64,000 nucleotides of DNA from Minisyncoccota bacterium (GCA_041661005.1 JBAZVG010000001.1:607515-671514); one strand, 5' to 3'. Numbered from the stretch's first letter, positions 1 through 9,864 are shown. The notes: generated by a model from the sequence alone, not told the origin. Program-made: numbers and translations.

Positions 1-126
1 TGCAAGATTACTCAAGCTTAGCCAAAGGCCAAGCTGGTTATTTGTTTTTTCAAGGATAGAAGCATAATTATCCAACACTACCTTGTATTGCTCTGGGACT
101 ACTGAAACTGTAGTTATTGGTGTCAT
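1..126 (-). CDS. 5' part of a hypothetical protein (runs off the window)
   Basis: ATG at 126-124 on the minus strand; frame open to the window edge (MTPITTVSVVPEQYKVVLDNY...). Confidence 0.4.
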   Translation of the reverse strand, partial: MTPITTVSVVPEQYKVVLDNYASILEKTNNQLGLWLSLSNLA

Positions 127-205
127 GCGCGGATTTTAGCATAACAATTTGAAAACTCAAAATAAAGTTTTATTTTAACTATTCATCCTTCGAATTCCTC
201 AGGAT

Positions 206-1753
206 CTAAGCGACTTTCGGTCTGTATTGTATCGCTTCTAAAATATGATTCGCTTTTACATCTTCCGAATTTTCGAGGTCGGCAATAGTCCGAGCGATTT
301 TAATAACTCGATGATAAGCGCGAGCGGAGAGAGCCAAACGTTCCGCGCTGTCGTCCAGCAGATCCCTCACCTCTTCTGTGAGTTTGACCATACTTCCTAA
401 ATCTTTCACATTCATTTCGCTATTTGTGCTGATATCGCGACCAAGTTTTTTAAATCTTTTCTTTTGATTCTCGCGCGCTTTTATTACTCTCGTCTTTATT
501 TTCTCACTTTTTTCTCCCGTTCCTTCTCCACCAAGTTTTTTGTAATCCACATTACCGACAGATACCCATAAATCTATGCGATCCATTATAGGTCCAGATA
601 ATTTTCTTTTGTATCTATCCAAATCAGATGGCTTGCAAATGCAAGATCTTTGTTTGCTACCAGCATTACCACAAGGACAGGGATTCATTGCGGCCACCAA
701 TATAAAATTCGAAGGGAAAATGGCCGAACCTTTGGCGCGAGAAATTGAAACAATGTTATCTTCGAGGGGCTGTCGGAGCGATTCGATTACTCTTTTTTCA
801 AATTCTGGAAATTCATCTAAAAACAAAACTCCTCGATGCGCGAGCGTTACTTCTCCGGGTTTTGGATATGTTCCTCCACCGATCAATGAAACATAAGATG
901 AAGTGTGATGTGGGGCTCGAAATGGCGGGAAGCAAACCAACTCTCCTCTCGTAGCTCCTGCCACGGAATGAATACCAGTTATTTCCAACACTTCTTCGGT
1001 GCTCAAGTCCGGCAACAATCCTGAAAAAACTCTAGCAAGCATCGTCTTGCCTGTGCCGGGAGGGCCATACATGGCGATGTTGTGTCCGCCGGCGGCGGCA
1101 ATTTCGAGTCCACGCTTGGCGCCTTCTTGTCCGCGAATGTCAGAAAAATCCCCTCCTTTTATTTCTCTTTTATAAATTATTTTGGTTTCCGGTTGCACTA
1201 AAATTTTCTTTTTTTTATTTTCCAAATTTTTTTTACCTTCATCAATATGTTCTATAACTTCTTTTAAACTGTTTGCTCCGAAAATTTTTATACCCTCCAC
1301 CAATGCCGCTTCTATCGCATTTTCTTTTGGTAAATATATTTCTTCATACCCCCGTCTTTTAGCTTCTTCTGCAAGTGGCAAAGCCCCACGTATGCTACGA
1401 AGCATCCCATCCAACCCGAGCTCACCAAGAAAAATTTTTTTCTCTGAATTAAATTTAATATCACCAGTAGCCTTGAGATACGCGATAGCAATCGCCAGAT
1501 CAAAAAACGGCCCTTCTTTTTTTAGATCAGCCGGTGAAAGCGAAACTATTATTTTTTGATTTTTTGCTTTTGGAGATTTAAAACCAGAATTTTTTATCGC
1601 TCCGCTTACTCTGTCTTTGGATTCATCCACAGCCTTATCGGGTAAACCAACCACAGAAAAAGTGTGAAGTCCTTTGGACAAATCCACCTCAATCGTCACA
1701 ATAACTCCCCGGAGTAGATTGACTTGCGCCGAGTAAACTTTAGCGAAGCTCAT
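206..1753 (-). CDS. comM: YifB/ComM Mg-chelatase-like AAA+ ATPase
   Basis: VGLPD..V.ES..RV, GELGLDG, Walker A GPPGTGKT, PFRAPHH, GVLFLDEFPEF, AAMNPCPCG. Confidence 0.95.
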   Translation of the reverse strand: MSFAKVYSAQVNLLRGVIVTIEVDLSKGLHTFSVVGLPDKAVDESKDRVSGAIKNSGFKSPKAKNQKIIVSLSPADLKKEGPFFDLAIAIAYLKATGDIKFNSEKKIFLGELGLDGMLRSIRGALPLAEEAKRRGYEEIYLPKENAIEAALVEGIKIFGANSLKEVIEHIDEGKKNLENKKKKILVQPETKIIYKREIKGGDFSDIRGQEGAKRGLEIAAAGGHNIAMYGPPGTGKTMLARVFSGLLPDLSTEEVLEITGIHSVAGATRGELVCFPPFRAPHHTSSYVSLIGGGTYPKPGEVTLAHRGVLFLDEFPEFEKRVIESLRQPLEDNIVSISRAKGSAIFPSNFILVAAMNPCPCGNAGSKQRSCICKPSDLDRYKRKLSGPIMDRIDLWVSVGNVDYKKLGGEGTGEKSEKIKTRVIKARENQKKRFKKLGRDISTNSEMNVKDLGSMVKLTEEVRDLLDDSAERLALSARAYHRVIKIARTIADLENSEDVKANHILEAIQYRPKVA

Positions 1754-1772
1754 GATGATTTTGCAATCTACA

Positions 1773-2129
1773 CTAATTTTTTAAATGTTCTTTACAAGTT
1801 CGAGCAGCTGGGTTTGCTTCTAAGCGCGTTATTTCTATATTTTTTTTGCATACTTCACACTTGCCGAAAGATTCCCTATTTATCCCCTTGAGCGCTTTTA
1901 AAATATTGTTCAATCTGGGCCCTAGAGTTTTAATCATAGAACTTCTTGCCTCAAAATCTTCGAATCTGTCTGCCATGTCATTTTGATCCGACTCTGGAGA
2001 ATCCAACTCTTCTGGAATCGCCTCCCATTCGAGAGTTTCAGTGTTTAATTTGCCCATACCTCGCAACTCCTCAAGCAAAAGATCTCTTTCAGTTTCCAAT
2101 TCTTCTTTAATTTTTTTCTTGTCTAACAT
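1773..2129 (-). CDS. TraR/DksA C4-type zinc finger protein
   Basis: C-terminal FGKCEVCKKNI..RLEANPAARTC; start trimmed to MLDKKK (ATG 2129). Confidence 0.85.
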   Translation of the reverse strand: MLDKKKIKEELETERDLLLEELRGMGKLNTETLEWEAIPEELDSPESDQNDMADRFEDFEARSSMIKTLGPRLNNILKALKGINRESFGKCEVCKKNIEITRLEANPAARTCKEHLKN

Positions 2130-2294
2130 AAGCAAATAATAGCATTTTAATTTTGCATAGCAAGTATCAGTCTTCTCCCATACCAATGGAAACATCCCAT
2201 CTTCCGCCAAACCGCCACCTATGGTCATTTCGGCAAAAAAAATCTTCCGTGGAAGAAAATTGAGAAAATTAAATAGAACTAGTACAATATATGT

Positions 2295-3107
2295 ATGGGA
2301 ATTGAACAACCAAAAGCAAACAAATCTGAGAAGGAAAGTTCTCCTAAAAAAAGAAAAGGCATTTTTAATAAAATAGTGAACGTTGTGGCTCTTGGAGCCA
2401 CCCTTGTAGGTGGAAAACTTCATGCAGAAGATTCACAAAATTCTTCAACAACTACTAACCCTACCACCGAAAGTGGAGGAAAATTGGCTGATGCGGAAGC
2501 TGTACAGAAAATAAGAGAAAAACTTGGTGTTCAGGAACCGAAAGTGGAAAGTGATTCAGAGCCTGGTCACATATGGAGTTCTGCTGACGCAAAAATATTT
2601 CAAACTTTGAGAGAAAAAACATTTTTTGATGGAAGTATGGAAAAACACATTAGAGAAGGTATACAGAAAGAGAGAGAATTAAAGGAAAAAGGTTTAGTTG
2701 AGAAAAATAAATTACCGAGCAATCCGGACCAACAAACAACAGGCTCGTCGAGTTGGGCACGCAATGTGGTTAAACATGCAAAAATTTTACAAGAAGGCGT
2801 ACGCGACCAAGAAGACGTAATGAATCTCATATACAAATCGTTTGGGTCTTTTGTCTATCGCTTTCAAAATCCGGATCCTGTGCTGGGAGATTCCATAAAT
2901 GAAATTATGAGAGAAAAGGAAAAACTTATAGAATGGGATAGATCAGGCACAAAAGCGGATTTTAAATCAATATCGGAAGAAGCAAACGAATTAAAAGAAA
3001 TTTTTCAAAAACTTACAAAAGAACATGGTATTCATCCAATCAATATTCGAAACGAGGTTGAAATGTTGAGTGAAATATCTCAGAAATGCGCGGAAAGGGC
3101 AAAATGA
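2295..3107 (+). CDS. hypothetical protein with N-terminal signal/TM segment
   Basis: 270-aa ORF; basic stretch followed by hydrophobic IVNVVALGATLVGG. Confidence 0.7.
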   Translation: MGIEQPKANKSEKESSPKKRKGIFNKIVNVVALGATLVGGKLHAEDSQNSSTTTNPTTESGGKLADAEAVQKIREKLGVQEPKVESDSEPGHIWSSADAKIFQTLREKTFFDGSMEKHIREGIQKERELKEKGLVEKNKLPSNPDQQTTGSSSWARNVVKHAKILQEGVRDQEDVMNLIYKSFGSFVYRFQNPDPVLGDSINEIMREKEKLIEWDRSGTKADFKSISEEANELKEIFQKLTKEHGIHPINIRNEVEMLSEISQKCAERAK

Positions 3108-3130
3108 AAATAAAAGTAAATCTTTCTTTT

Positions 3131-4015
3131 TTATTTTTTTATCTGAGTCGAGGAGAGACGAAACATTATCTCTTTCCCGGCATTTTTGGCATTAGTTATG
3201 ATGATAGAATTATCGTTTGCAAAAATATACATCATCACCATTTTACCACCATCGTCATACAAGATACGCGCATTCTTGTTCTCAACAACTCCGTCTTCAA
3301 AACTTTTTGTAAAGAGGTATTTTATCTCAGATGAAATATCTACCCAAAAAAAATCTTTTAAATCAAGAAACATCTTTTCTTCCCATGCACGCAAAGCGTC
3401 AAAAGTATCGACGACAGAGCGCACTTTGATCAAAATGAAAAAATCTTTACCCGCTGATGGATCAGATTGGATTTCTTCATTGACCACACCCATCAAAAAA
3501 TTATCTCCAACAAAAACATCACCGAGAAGCGGGTCAACTTTAGGCTGAAAATTTCCCTTTATAAGTTCAAAAAACCTTCTCAAGCCTATGATCTTTTTAT
3601 CTTCAGTCAGATAAATCCCTTCAATTCCACCCTTTTTTACTTCTGTTCTTTTGATTTCATTAACGACAGTTTGAATAATTTCTTCTCTTTTCAAACCCTT
3701 CACCTCAATGAAAGCGCTCTTGTCATTAAAAATGAGGGGTGTAAATTGCTTTTCGATGGGGACAGTAGGAACTTCTTCACTGAAAAAGAAAAAAATTAGT
3801 GTAACTAAAGATATCGAAAAAAATAAAAAACTAAAAAACATAAAAAGTTTGTTTTTTTGCGACTCTGGAGACAAATCCATTTTTTCTTTCTCGTGTTTTC
3901 CTTCTTCGTAAATTATTTTTTTTATCAGCCCGCTTTTGTCATCCTCAATCACCTTCGCCATATCTCCAGCATAAGTTTGAACAATTTTATTTTGTATTTT
4001 ATTATCTTTTTCCAT
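3131..4015 (-). CDS. hypothetical single-pass membrane protein
   Basis: 294-aa ORF with a Phe-rich TM helix. Confidence 0.75.
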   Translation of the reverse strand: MEKDNKIQNKIVQTYAGDMAKVIEDDKSGLIKKIIYEEGKHEKEKMDLSPESQKNKLFMFFSFLFFSISLVTLIFFFFSEEVPTVPIEKQFTPLIFNDKSAFIEVKGLKREEIIQTVVNEIKRTEVKKGGIEGIYLTEDKKIIGLRRFFELIKGNFQPKVDPLLGDVFVGDNFLMGVVNEEIQSDPSAGKDFFILIKVRSVVDTFDALRAWEEKMFLDLKDFFWVDISSEIKYLFTKSFEDGVVENKNARILYDDGGKMVMMYIFANDNSIIITNAKNAGKEIMFRLSSTQIKK

Positions 4016-4108
4016 TTTCTATAAAATAAATAGTTTTAATTTTTTAGAATGGTCTGGCTGGGAGAGGGACACGGAAAACCGAGGACCTTATAAAAAATTG
4101 AAAACTAT

Positions 4109-6250
4109 TTATTTTTTAAAGAAATTACTGTCCGCCTCTTTGATAGAAAGACCAATTCTCCCTTTTTCCCTATCAATAGATATAACTTTCACGGGCACTA
4201 TCATACCCTCCTTTATTATATCGCTAACTCGCTCGACACGAAATGGGGCTAATTCAGATATGTGCACCATACCATCTGTAAAAGCATTCAACTTAACAAA
4301 GGCCCCAAAGTCGGCTATTTTTACAACTTCTCCTTTTAATATTTCTCCCACAGCATACTCGTGCGTCATTTCCAAAACTATGGACTTGGCTTTCTCTGCG
4401 GAATCACCTTTCCCTGTGAAATAGACAGTTCCATCATCTTCAATGGTGATCTCTGCTCCAGACTTTTCCTTGATCTCCTTTATAGTTTTTCCGCCACCTC
4501 CTATCACCATGCCTATCATGTCCGGATTTATTTTAATAATCAATATCTTTGGAGCGTTTGGCGATATGTCAGCGCGAGGAATTTTAATTTCTTTTTCAAT
4601 TTTGTCTAAAATAATCGCTCTGGCGGCCTTCGCTTGCAACATTGCTTCACCCAATATTTTTATCGGCACACCTTCTACTTTTACATCGAGCTGTATAGCA
4701 GTGACCCCAACCCTCGTGCCTGCAACTTTGAAATCCATGTCTCCATAGTGATCCTCAGGACCTTGGATGTCAGTCAAGATTTTATATTCATCATCAGACT
4801 TATGCATCAATCCCATCGCGATACCAGCGACAGGCGCCTTGATCGGAACTCCGCCATCCATTAATGCCAAAGTCGAAGCGCAAATCGAAGCTTGAGAAGT
4901 AGAACCATTGGAAGCCATTGATTCAGACACTAGACGAATTGTATATGGGAATTCCAAAGCAGAAGGCAAAACCATCGCGAGCGCTTTTTCAGCCAAAGCG
5001 CCATGACCCACTTCTCGACGATTTGTAAATCCTGCTCGTCCTGTTTCTCCCGAAGAATATGGTGGAAAATTGTAATGATGCATGAATCTTTTTTCAGCTT
5101 TCGTCTGCATCCCATCAATCATGTGTCTATCTTCAGGACCGCCCAATGTCAGCACCGATAAGACATGTGTCCCCCCTCGGTAAAAAATCCCGGAACCGTG
5201 CAAGACAGACGAAACCCCTCCAGCTTGAGCGTAAAGATCTCGAAGCTCATCCATTTTTCTACCATCAGCTCGTTTGTTTTCTTCGATAGCGCTCTGGTGC
5301 AGAATATCGTTTTCTGTATCATCAAACAAATTGTCTTCCGAACTAAAATCTTCTCTCTCAGTATATTTGTCTGCAACCATTTTATTCCAAATGCTATGAA
5401 GCTCGTCGATTTTTGCCTTGCCCACGCCAGAAAATATAGCATCAGACATTTTAGGCAGAATGTTTTCGTTAAATAATTTAACCGATTCAGGATCTATTTC
5501 TTCTTTCGCAATGACTCTTTTTTCTTTACCTATTTCTTTTACAATTTTCTTTTGGAAGTCTTCCAATTTGGCGATCTCTTCACTTGCCCGAGTCAAAGCT
5601 ACCTCCAATTCTTTTTCATCAGTCTGATGAGCTGAAGCTTCAATCATATTTATATTTCCATTTTTACCACAGACAGTAATATCAAATTTATATTTGGCAT
5701 CGTCTACCCTCCAGCTATACGGAGCGTTAACTATCAAACTATCGTCACTTGACTCATGGGAAGCTTGCTTTCCTTCGGGGTCATATTTTCCAATACGCAC
5801 ACAACCAACTGGACCATTCCATGGAATATTAGAAACCGCGAGCGCGAGCGAAGCGGCGTTTACTGCTAAAATTGTCGGATCATTATCGTCAACAGAAATT
5901 ACAGTCACTATCACTTGCACCGCATGGCGAATCGATTGATCAAAAAGCGGACGCAAAGTCCTATCAATAACTCGACTGGCAAGTATCGCATCTTCGCTTG
6001 GCTTGCCTTCTCTTTTTACAAACTTCGAACCTGAAATTTTACCCGAAGCGTAAAATCTTTCCACATAATCCACTGTCAAATTAAAAAATCCCAAGCCATT
6101 TTGCTTGTCTTTAGACATACAAGCAGTGGCTAGAACTATCGTCTCGCCATACTTCAACATCACTGACCCATGGGCTTGCTCTGCCAAATCTGTAAAAATA
6201 GCAGTCAAATTTTTTCCACCAATCTCCACACTATATTCTTTTTTTTGCAT
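4109..6250 (-). CDS. pnp: polyribonucleotide nucleotidyltransferase (PNPase)
   Basis: Two RNase PH domains (RREVGHGALAE, SNGSTSQASIC, DHYGDMDFKVAG), KH and S1 domains; start trimmed to MQKKEY. Confidence 0.97.
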   Translation of the reverse strand: MQKKEYSVEIGGKNLTAIFTDLAEQAHGSVMLKYGETIVLATACMSKDKQNGLGFFNLTVDYVERFYASGKISGSKFVKREGKPSEDAILASRVIDRTLRPLFDQSIRHAVQVIVTVISVDDNDPTILAVNAASLALAVSNIPWNGPVGCVRIGKYDPEGKQASHESSDDSLIVNAPYSWRVDDAKYKFDITVCGKNGNINMIEASAHQTDEKELEVALTRASEEIAKLEDFQKKIVKEIGKEKRVIAKEEIDPESVKLFNENILPKMSDAIFSGVGKAKIDELHSIWNKMVADKYTEREDFSSEDNLFDDTENDILHQSAIEENKRADGRKMDELRDLYAQAGGVSSVLHGSGIFYRGGTHVLSVLTLGGPEDRHMIDGMQTKAEKRFMHHYNFPPYSSGETGRAGFTNRREVGHGALAEKALAMVLPSALEFPYTIRLVSESMASNGSTSQASICASTLALMDGGVPIKAPVAGIAMGLMHKSDDEYKILTDIQGPEDHYGDMDFKVAGTRVGVTAIQLDVKVEGVPIKILGEAMLQAKAARAIILDKIEKEIKIPRADISPNAPKILIIKINPDMIGMVIGGGGKTIKEIKEKSGAEITIEDDGTVYFTGKGDSAEKAKSIVLEMTHEYAVGEILKGEVVKIADFGAFVKLNAFTDGMVHISELAPFRVERVSDIIKEGMIVPVKVISIDREKGRIGLSIKEADSNFFKK

Positions 6251-6280
6251 TTTTTTCTTGCCCCGAGCGAAGTCGAGGGG

Positions 6281-6347
6281 AGTTCGTATCCAGACTACAG
6301 TGTTGTTCCGCAATTTTGGAACACTACTTTGTGTCTAGACGCGAACC
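6281..6347 (-). promoter_or_regulatory. long stem-loop in pnp 5' leader
   Basis: Minus-strand GGTTCGCGTCTAGAC pairs with GTCTGGATACGAACT (G-U pairs) around an inner hairpin. Confidence 0.5.
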
Positions 6348-6413
6348 GATTAACTAATAAAATCTAATCAACTTATGATCATTATAGCATTTTTAGACTA
6401 AAAGGCAATGAAA

Positions 6414-6689
6414 TTAAAAAAGTTCTGAGTGAGTACCTATATCGAATAACACCAGAACAAGTTTATTTCCTTCAATCCTGTATATTAGTAAAATATTACC
6501 TTGAATATGGCATTCTCTATATCCATCATATTCACCATGCAAGTTGTGGTCTTGATAAATTGAACCAAGTTTCTCTTCTCTACATAAAGCATCAATGATT
6601 TTATTCAGTTCTGTTTCATTAAATTTACCAGAATGTTTTAATTTCTTAAAAGACTTTTCGTATTGCTTTGTTGGAAAAGGTATAAGCAT
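6414..6689 (-). CDS. yafQ: YafQ-family (RelE/StbE) mRNA interferase toxin
   Basis: YQDHNLHGEYDGYRECHI..LLIY, C-terminal IGTHSELF. Confidence 0.92.
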   Translation of the reverse strand: MLIPFPTKQYEKSFKKLKHSGKFNETELNKIIDALCREEKLGSIYQDHNLHGEYDGYRECHIQGNILLIYRIEGNKLVLVLFDIGTHSELF

Positions 6690-6691
6690 TT

Positions 6692-6958
6692 CTATCTTTT
6701 CATAATATCATCGTGCATTTCTTTTGCCGATGCATATCCTTTGCCATTTTTTATTACCCAATTAAATTCTTTGTCCCATCTTTTCCTATTAGCTCTTGTT
6801 TTCGTAGTGCTAGGTACAAAGGGCATACACTGATCAATTGCTACTTGATTTAAAAACATTTTCATACCAGAAGACATATCAATACCCATACCTTTAAATG
6901 CCTTTTGGGCTCTTATTTTAGTGGGACTATCTATTCTAATTTGTATTGTTGTGTTCAT
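6692..6958 (-). CDS. dinJ: RelB/DinJ-family antitoxin
   Basis: MNTTIQIRID..K..A...F..MGIDMS....MFL.QV....MPF; directly upstream of the toxin; start trimmed. Confidence 0.88.
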   Translation of the reverse strand: MNTTIQIRIDSPTKIRAQKAFKGMGIDMSSGMKMFLNQVAIDQCMPFVPSTTKTRANRKRWDKEFNWVIKNGKGYASAKEMHDDIMKR

Positions 6959-7019
6959 ATACATAGCATATACCCCTGTAATGACAATGTCAATACATAA
7001 AAATATGTAAACACTTTTA

Positions 7020-8069
7020 TTACTCATTCAACCAAAACCAAAATTTATTTTGTATTTCCTGGCTTAGTTTATAAGCGTTCGCATGAGATAAAACACCAAG
7101 ATAAGATTGAAGGGAAGAACGAAGAGTCAACTCACTGACTTGCCCATTCCTATAACGATTCACATTTTCTTTCAGCTTCCTAAAAATTCTTTGTTTCGTT
7201 TTTGTTCTCAACTTAATATGTTCAGGCAAAATGACGTAGCCGAGAAAATCAACGCCACGGATATGTTTAGTGATATGAACTTTTTTAGGATGGAGTTCAA
7301 GACATAATTTTGTTTCCAAAAAATCTTGTATCGCCGGAATTAAATTTTTTAGGTATGTCTTATCCGTAGAAATTATTATGAAGTCATCAGTGTAGCGTGC
7401 GTAGTATTTTATTTTCAATTCATGCTTAACGAACTGGTCAAATTCATTCATATAGATATTGGCAAAAATCTGCGATGTCAGGTTGCCGATCGGCACACCC
7501 CGGCGATCAAAGAGATTTCTTTTGTTCGTCTCAAAGCTCTCGATGATTTCTCGCATGAGTTTCATCACTTTTTCATCCCTGATTCTTTTTTCCAGAATGC
7601 CGAGCAAAACATTATGATTCACAGAATCAAAAAACTTTCTGATGTCGCATTTCAGAGCATAACACCGGCGGGTACTATTTTGACTTACGGAGCGAGTCAT
7701 CTCTACAACCTTTTCCATCCCTTTGTGAGTTCCTTTACCGACACGACAAGAAAAAGAATCAGGAATAAAGGTCGGCTCAAATATCGGATTAAGTACATTA
7801 AAAATAGCGTGGTGGAGAACGCGGTCGCGGACAGTCGCTTTATGAATCCGGCGCAGTTTCGGGTCATGAATCCAAAACCCTTTATACGGTCCATGTTTGT
7901 ATATTCCGCTCTTTAAATCCCTATAAAGATCGAAAATGTTTTTTTCGAGATTAAGTTCAAAATCGCTGACGTCTATCCTGTTTCTTTTGTCCGCTTTAAA
8001 CATGTCCCATGCGCGAAATAATGAAGAAGGAGAAATTATTAACCAATATAAATCTTTATAGAATTTCAT
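7020..8069 (-). CDS. DGR reverse transcriptase
   Basis: DPKLRRI, RDRVLHHA, SFSCR.GKGTH, LKCDIRKFFDS, GVPIGNLTSQ (DGR-type GxxxSQ), YARYTDD; 349 aa with no maturase/endonuclease extension. Confidence 0.95.
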   Translation of the reverse strand: MKFYKDLYWLIISPSSLFRAWDMFKADKRNRIDVSDFELNLEKNIFDLYRDLKSGIYKHGPYKGFWIHDPKLRRIHKATVRDRVLHHAIFNVLNPIFEPTFIPDSFSCRVGKGTHKGMEKVVEMTRSVSQNSTRRCYALKCDIRKFFDSVNHNVLLGILEKRIRDEKVMKLMREIIESFETNKRNLFDRRGVPIGNLTSQIFANIYMNEFDQFVKHELKIKYYARYTDDFIIISTDKTYLKNLIPAIQDFLETKLCLELHPKKVHITKHIRGVDFLGYVILPEHIKLRTKTKQRIFRKLKENVNRYRNGQVSELTLRSSLQSYLGVLSHANAYKLSQEIQNKFWFWLNE

Positions 8070-8072
8070 TTT

Positions 8073-8423
8073 ATGAATGACCTAGATATCCCCATCTTAA
8101 GAAAATCCTACGACCTGTACAAAGAATTTTACAAACTAAGATTAGTAGTACCAAAACAAGATCGCTATGTTCTTTGGCAGAAATGCGAGAATACTTTGAT
8201 CACCGTCTTAGAAGGTGCATTGCTTGCCAGTCAGCAATCTAAAATGGAGAAACTACCAACACTGGAAAGAACCAGCGTTAAGCTAAACTTCCTGAAAGTT
8301 TGTGTTCGCCTTATGAAAGACGTCAAAGCTATTAATTCCAAAACTTATATCGTCATCGAAGCAGATCTCGACGAGATTGGAAAAATGCTTGGAGGGTGGA
8401 TTAAATCCACAAAAGAGCGTTAA
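8073..8423 (+). CDS. avd: DGR accessory variability determinant (Avd, four-helix bundle)
   Basis: 116 aa; PKQDRYVL and C-terminal EIGKMLGGWIK signature; lies between RT and TR. Confidence 0.9.
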   Translation: MNDLDIPILRKSYDLYKEFYKLRLVVPKQDRYVLWQKCENTLITVLEGALLASQQSKMEKLPTLERTSVKLNFLKVCVRLMKDVKAINSKTYIVIEADLDEIGKMLGGWIKSTKER

Positions 8424-8424
8424 C

Positions 8425-8456
8425 AGAAACTCCCACGATTTAAGGTGGGAGTTTCT
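8425..8456. terminator. 12-bp hairpin between avd 3' end and TR 3' end
   Basis: AGAAACTCCCAC-N8-GTGGGAGTTTCT. Confidence 0.65.
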
Positions 8457-8478
8457 TATGAGAGAAGATGGAAATGCC

Positions 8479-8586
8479 GGGAGGCGCCAACACCGACGTT
8501 GTCGTTCTGGTTACCATTCCAGTTGTTGACATTGAGACCGTTCTCGTTGAAGTTACCGACGCACGAGACGTTACCAGCGTTGACCT
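8479..8586 (-). ncRNA. DGR template repeat (TR)
   Basis: 108-bp ungapped match to 9083-9190; rich in AAC/AAT triplets on the minus strand; all 19 mismatches fall at TR adenines. Confidence 0.96.
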
Positions 8587-8998
8587 AACGTATATTGCTT
8601 GTTTTCATCCGTGTCACCAAGAATTGAGTTTTACCGTTTTTGCAAACCTATATACTCTTTCCTTTGTTTTAGATATAAAGTTCCAAACCTTATATCAGAT
8701 TTAATTTGGAAGCATCTGTATAAACAGAACTTCACTAAAAACAAGCAAGAATTTCCATCTCTATTCTTAATCGCACTCTACTGTGATCCGTAGACCATTA
8801 GTATTCCGGCGATATCTCAAGATGAGATATCTCGCGAGCTTGAACCGTAATCCAAACTACATTAGCAAGATGTAAATATATTAACTTAATGTATATAAAA
8901 TAGAAAGACCTCGCGAGAAGCAGAGCTTTCACGAGGTCTGACGAACCTCGTGGTTCGTATTTGTTATAGACAAGATAATATAAGAATCACCCACATCA

Positions 8999-9035
8999 GA
9001 GCCTCCGCGCCCCAGAAAAAATGGCGCGGAGGCTC
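8999..9035. promoter_or_regulatory. hairpin/cruciform downstream of VR (candidate DGR target-recognition element)
   Basis: GAGCCTCCGCGCC-N11-GGCGCGGAGGCTC, 13-bp perfect stem about 25 nt past the target stop codon. Confidence 0.75.
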
Positions 9036-9059
9036 AAGTAGTCAAGAGGAGCAAATCCT

Positions 9060-9707
9060 CTAGGCTACAAGGGTCACTTTCAGGGAGGCGCCAACACCGA
9101 CGCGGTCGCCCTGGAGACCACCCCAGCCGATGACAGAGAGACCGTGCCCGCCGAAGATACCGACGCACGAGACGTCACCAGCGTTGACCTGCGCGGTCTT
9201 CACGGTACGCTCGGCGCAGGCCGCCCAAACGTTCGGGTTGGACCGCTTTCCGGTGCGACGATAGACGAGGATATCCTTGGTCACTTCGGCGATGGTCGTC
9301 GGCACTTCGTACTCAGGGGGCAACATCGCCACCTGCTCTTCGGGCGTCTTGCTCGTCGAGCCGGGAACAATTTCCCTGAGCATGATGTACAAACGCGGTT
9401 CGAGTACCGCGATGTCCGTGTGTGGCTGACCCACATGCCACGGATTTGTGTTGAAGTAGAACTTCGGCTGTCCGTCCGCCGAATGTAGCTCAAGCCACTT
9501 CGCGACCGTGAGCGGATTGCCGTCGAGCGCCGGCATCCCCATGAAGGCGAAGTGAGTGTCTTTCACCAGTTTGCCCTTGTTGAAGGGGCAGGCGCTCATG
9601 AGGACTTCCTCGACCGCCGGGCCCAACTTTTCAGTTGGGCCGTAGTAACTGACCCAGTCGGCTTGACCGAAGATGCGAACTCGGAGGTCCTGCGTTGTGC
9701 TTGTCAT
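9060..9707 (-). CDS. DGR target protein (C-terminal variable region, CLec-like fold inferred)
   Basis: The last ~40 codons contain the VR; visibly GC-rich versus the flanks; SD-like AAGGA upstream. Confidence 0.9.
   Translation of the reverse strand: MTSTTQDLRVRIFGQADWVSYYGPTEKLGPAVEEVLMSACPFNKGKLVKDTHFAFMGMPALDGNPLTVAKWLELHSADGQPKFYFNTNPWHVGQPHTDIAVLEPRLYIMLREIVPGSTSKTPEEQVAMLPPEYEVPTTIAEVTKDILVYRRTGKRSNPNVWAACAERTVKTAQVNAGDVSCVGIFGGHGLSVIGWGGLQGDRVGVGASLKVTLVA
9083..9190 (-). repeat. DGR variable repeat (VR)
   Basis: Aligned by eye to TR: A>G x11, A>C x4, A>T x4; no non-A mismatches. Confidence 0.96.
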
Positions 9708-9864
9708 TGCTTTATCCTTTCGGTTGCCAGATTCGCTCTGGCTTTTGTTGCGGCCTGTCTCAGTTGAGAGACGAGCCCTCTGTCGCCAAATAAATTATTG
9801 GCTCAAAAAGTTTACCCGTCCCGTCGCTTTAGCGAAGGAGGGCTCGTCTCATGTAGGGATTCTT

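Noticed and set aside
2130-2423. N-terminal extensions in the ORF track (dksA-like; also pnp, dinJ, NYN, rpsO, xth, polA)
   Set aside because: They overlap other genes or repeats; family homology begins at downstream starts, most of which follow a -10 box.
7020-8069. Group II intron or retron RT
   Set aside because: Short RT with GxxxSQ, adjacent avd and an A-specific TR/VR pair identify a DGR; no maturase or intron domain V seen.
8468-8704. 78-aa plus-strand ORF, and ORF 9144-9488 sharing TDARDVTSVDL
   Set aside because: Antisense shadows of TR and VR.
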